This document shows, piece by piece, positions 61,164-61,380 of a stretch of DNA of 61,380 nt. Where the stretch lies: contig JBIOYC010000076.1 of the NCBI GenBank assembly GCA_044869955.1, positions 1 through 61,380 of the forward strand, given 5' to 3'. The notes under the pieces are model-generated. The model searched no databases and had not been told where the DNA came from. It saw only the letters and a list, made by a program, of their open reading frames with translations. Numbering within the stretch: the first letter of the stretch is position 1; every line of letters starts with the position of its first letter. The DNA comes from Thermoanaerobaculia bacterium (lineage in GTDB: Bacteria > Acidobacteriota > Thermoanaerobaculia > Multivoradales > SZUA-115). The position numbers were made by a program, and so were the translations under genes.

Positions 61164-61380
61164 TCAGGCCGCCTCGAGGCGGTCCACCTTGGCGGCGAAG
61201 ACGAAGTCGCTCTCGGTCAGGCCGTCGATCTTGTGGGTCCAGATCGTCACCTTGACTTGCCCCCAGGCGAGGTAGATGTCCGGATGGTGGTTGGCCTCTT
61301 CCGCCAGCTCGCCCACCCTGTTGGTGAACGTCAGCGCCTCGCGGAAGTTCTTGAACCGGTACTCCTTCTCGAGGTGGTGG
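61164..61380 (-). CDS. phhB: Pterin-4a-carbinolamine dehydratase, 5' part outside the window (absent from the ORF track)
   Basis: My translation: ...FKNFREALTFTNRVGELAEEANHHPDIYLAWGQVKVTIWTHKIDGLTESDFVFAAKVD...stop. Confidence 0.9.
   Translation of the reverse strand, partial: HHLEKEYRFKNFREALTFTNRVGELAEEANHHPDIYLAWGQVKVTIWTHKIDGLTESDFVFAAKVDRLEAA

Overview
High-GC (roughly 70% by eye), gene-dense chromosome segment from a Gram-negative bacterium. The gene content and several small conserved-looking proteins suggest Acidobacteriota, possibly Thermoanaerobaculia; this is an inference. I found no tRNA/rRNA, CRISPR array or mobile element. Bases 1-13 kb hold a type IV pilus priming locus: pilD, a sensor kinase, a sigma54 promoter, four minor pilins (FimT/PilV/PilW/PilX-like), a 1402-aa vWA-type PilY1, a Ca2+/Na+ antiporter and a sigma54 response regulator. 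The rest is mostly housekeeping and envelope genes (ychF, tldD/pmbA, pccB-like, purE, rpiB, glyA, nth, folC, accD, ruvC, ftsEX, pgeF, rlmN, tatA, slt, cpoB, bamD, rpe, rseP, cdsA, truA, uvrD, pckA). The most interesting unexplained items are: (1) a SprT-like HExxH protease with an N-terminal QLDLF beta-clamp motif, a possible bacterial counterpart of SPRTN-type DNA-protein crosslink proteases; (2) a promoter-driven ~108-nt three-way-junction RNA upstream of ftsE; (3) a pseudo-receiver/Ser-Thr kinase/TM/TonB-C fusion protein; (4) a 76-aa protein that looks like only region 2 of an ECF sigma factor; (5) three near-consensus sigma54 promoters driving envelope genes. Several start codons were moved from the ORF track on the basis of RBS/promoter context. 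All family assignments come from motif recognition, not database searches.
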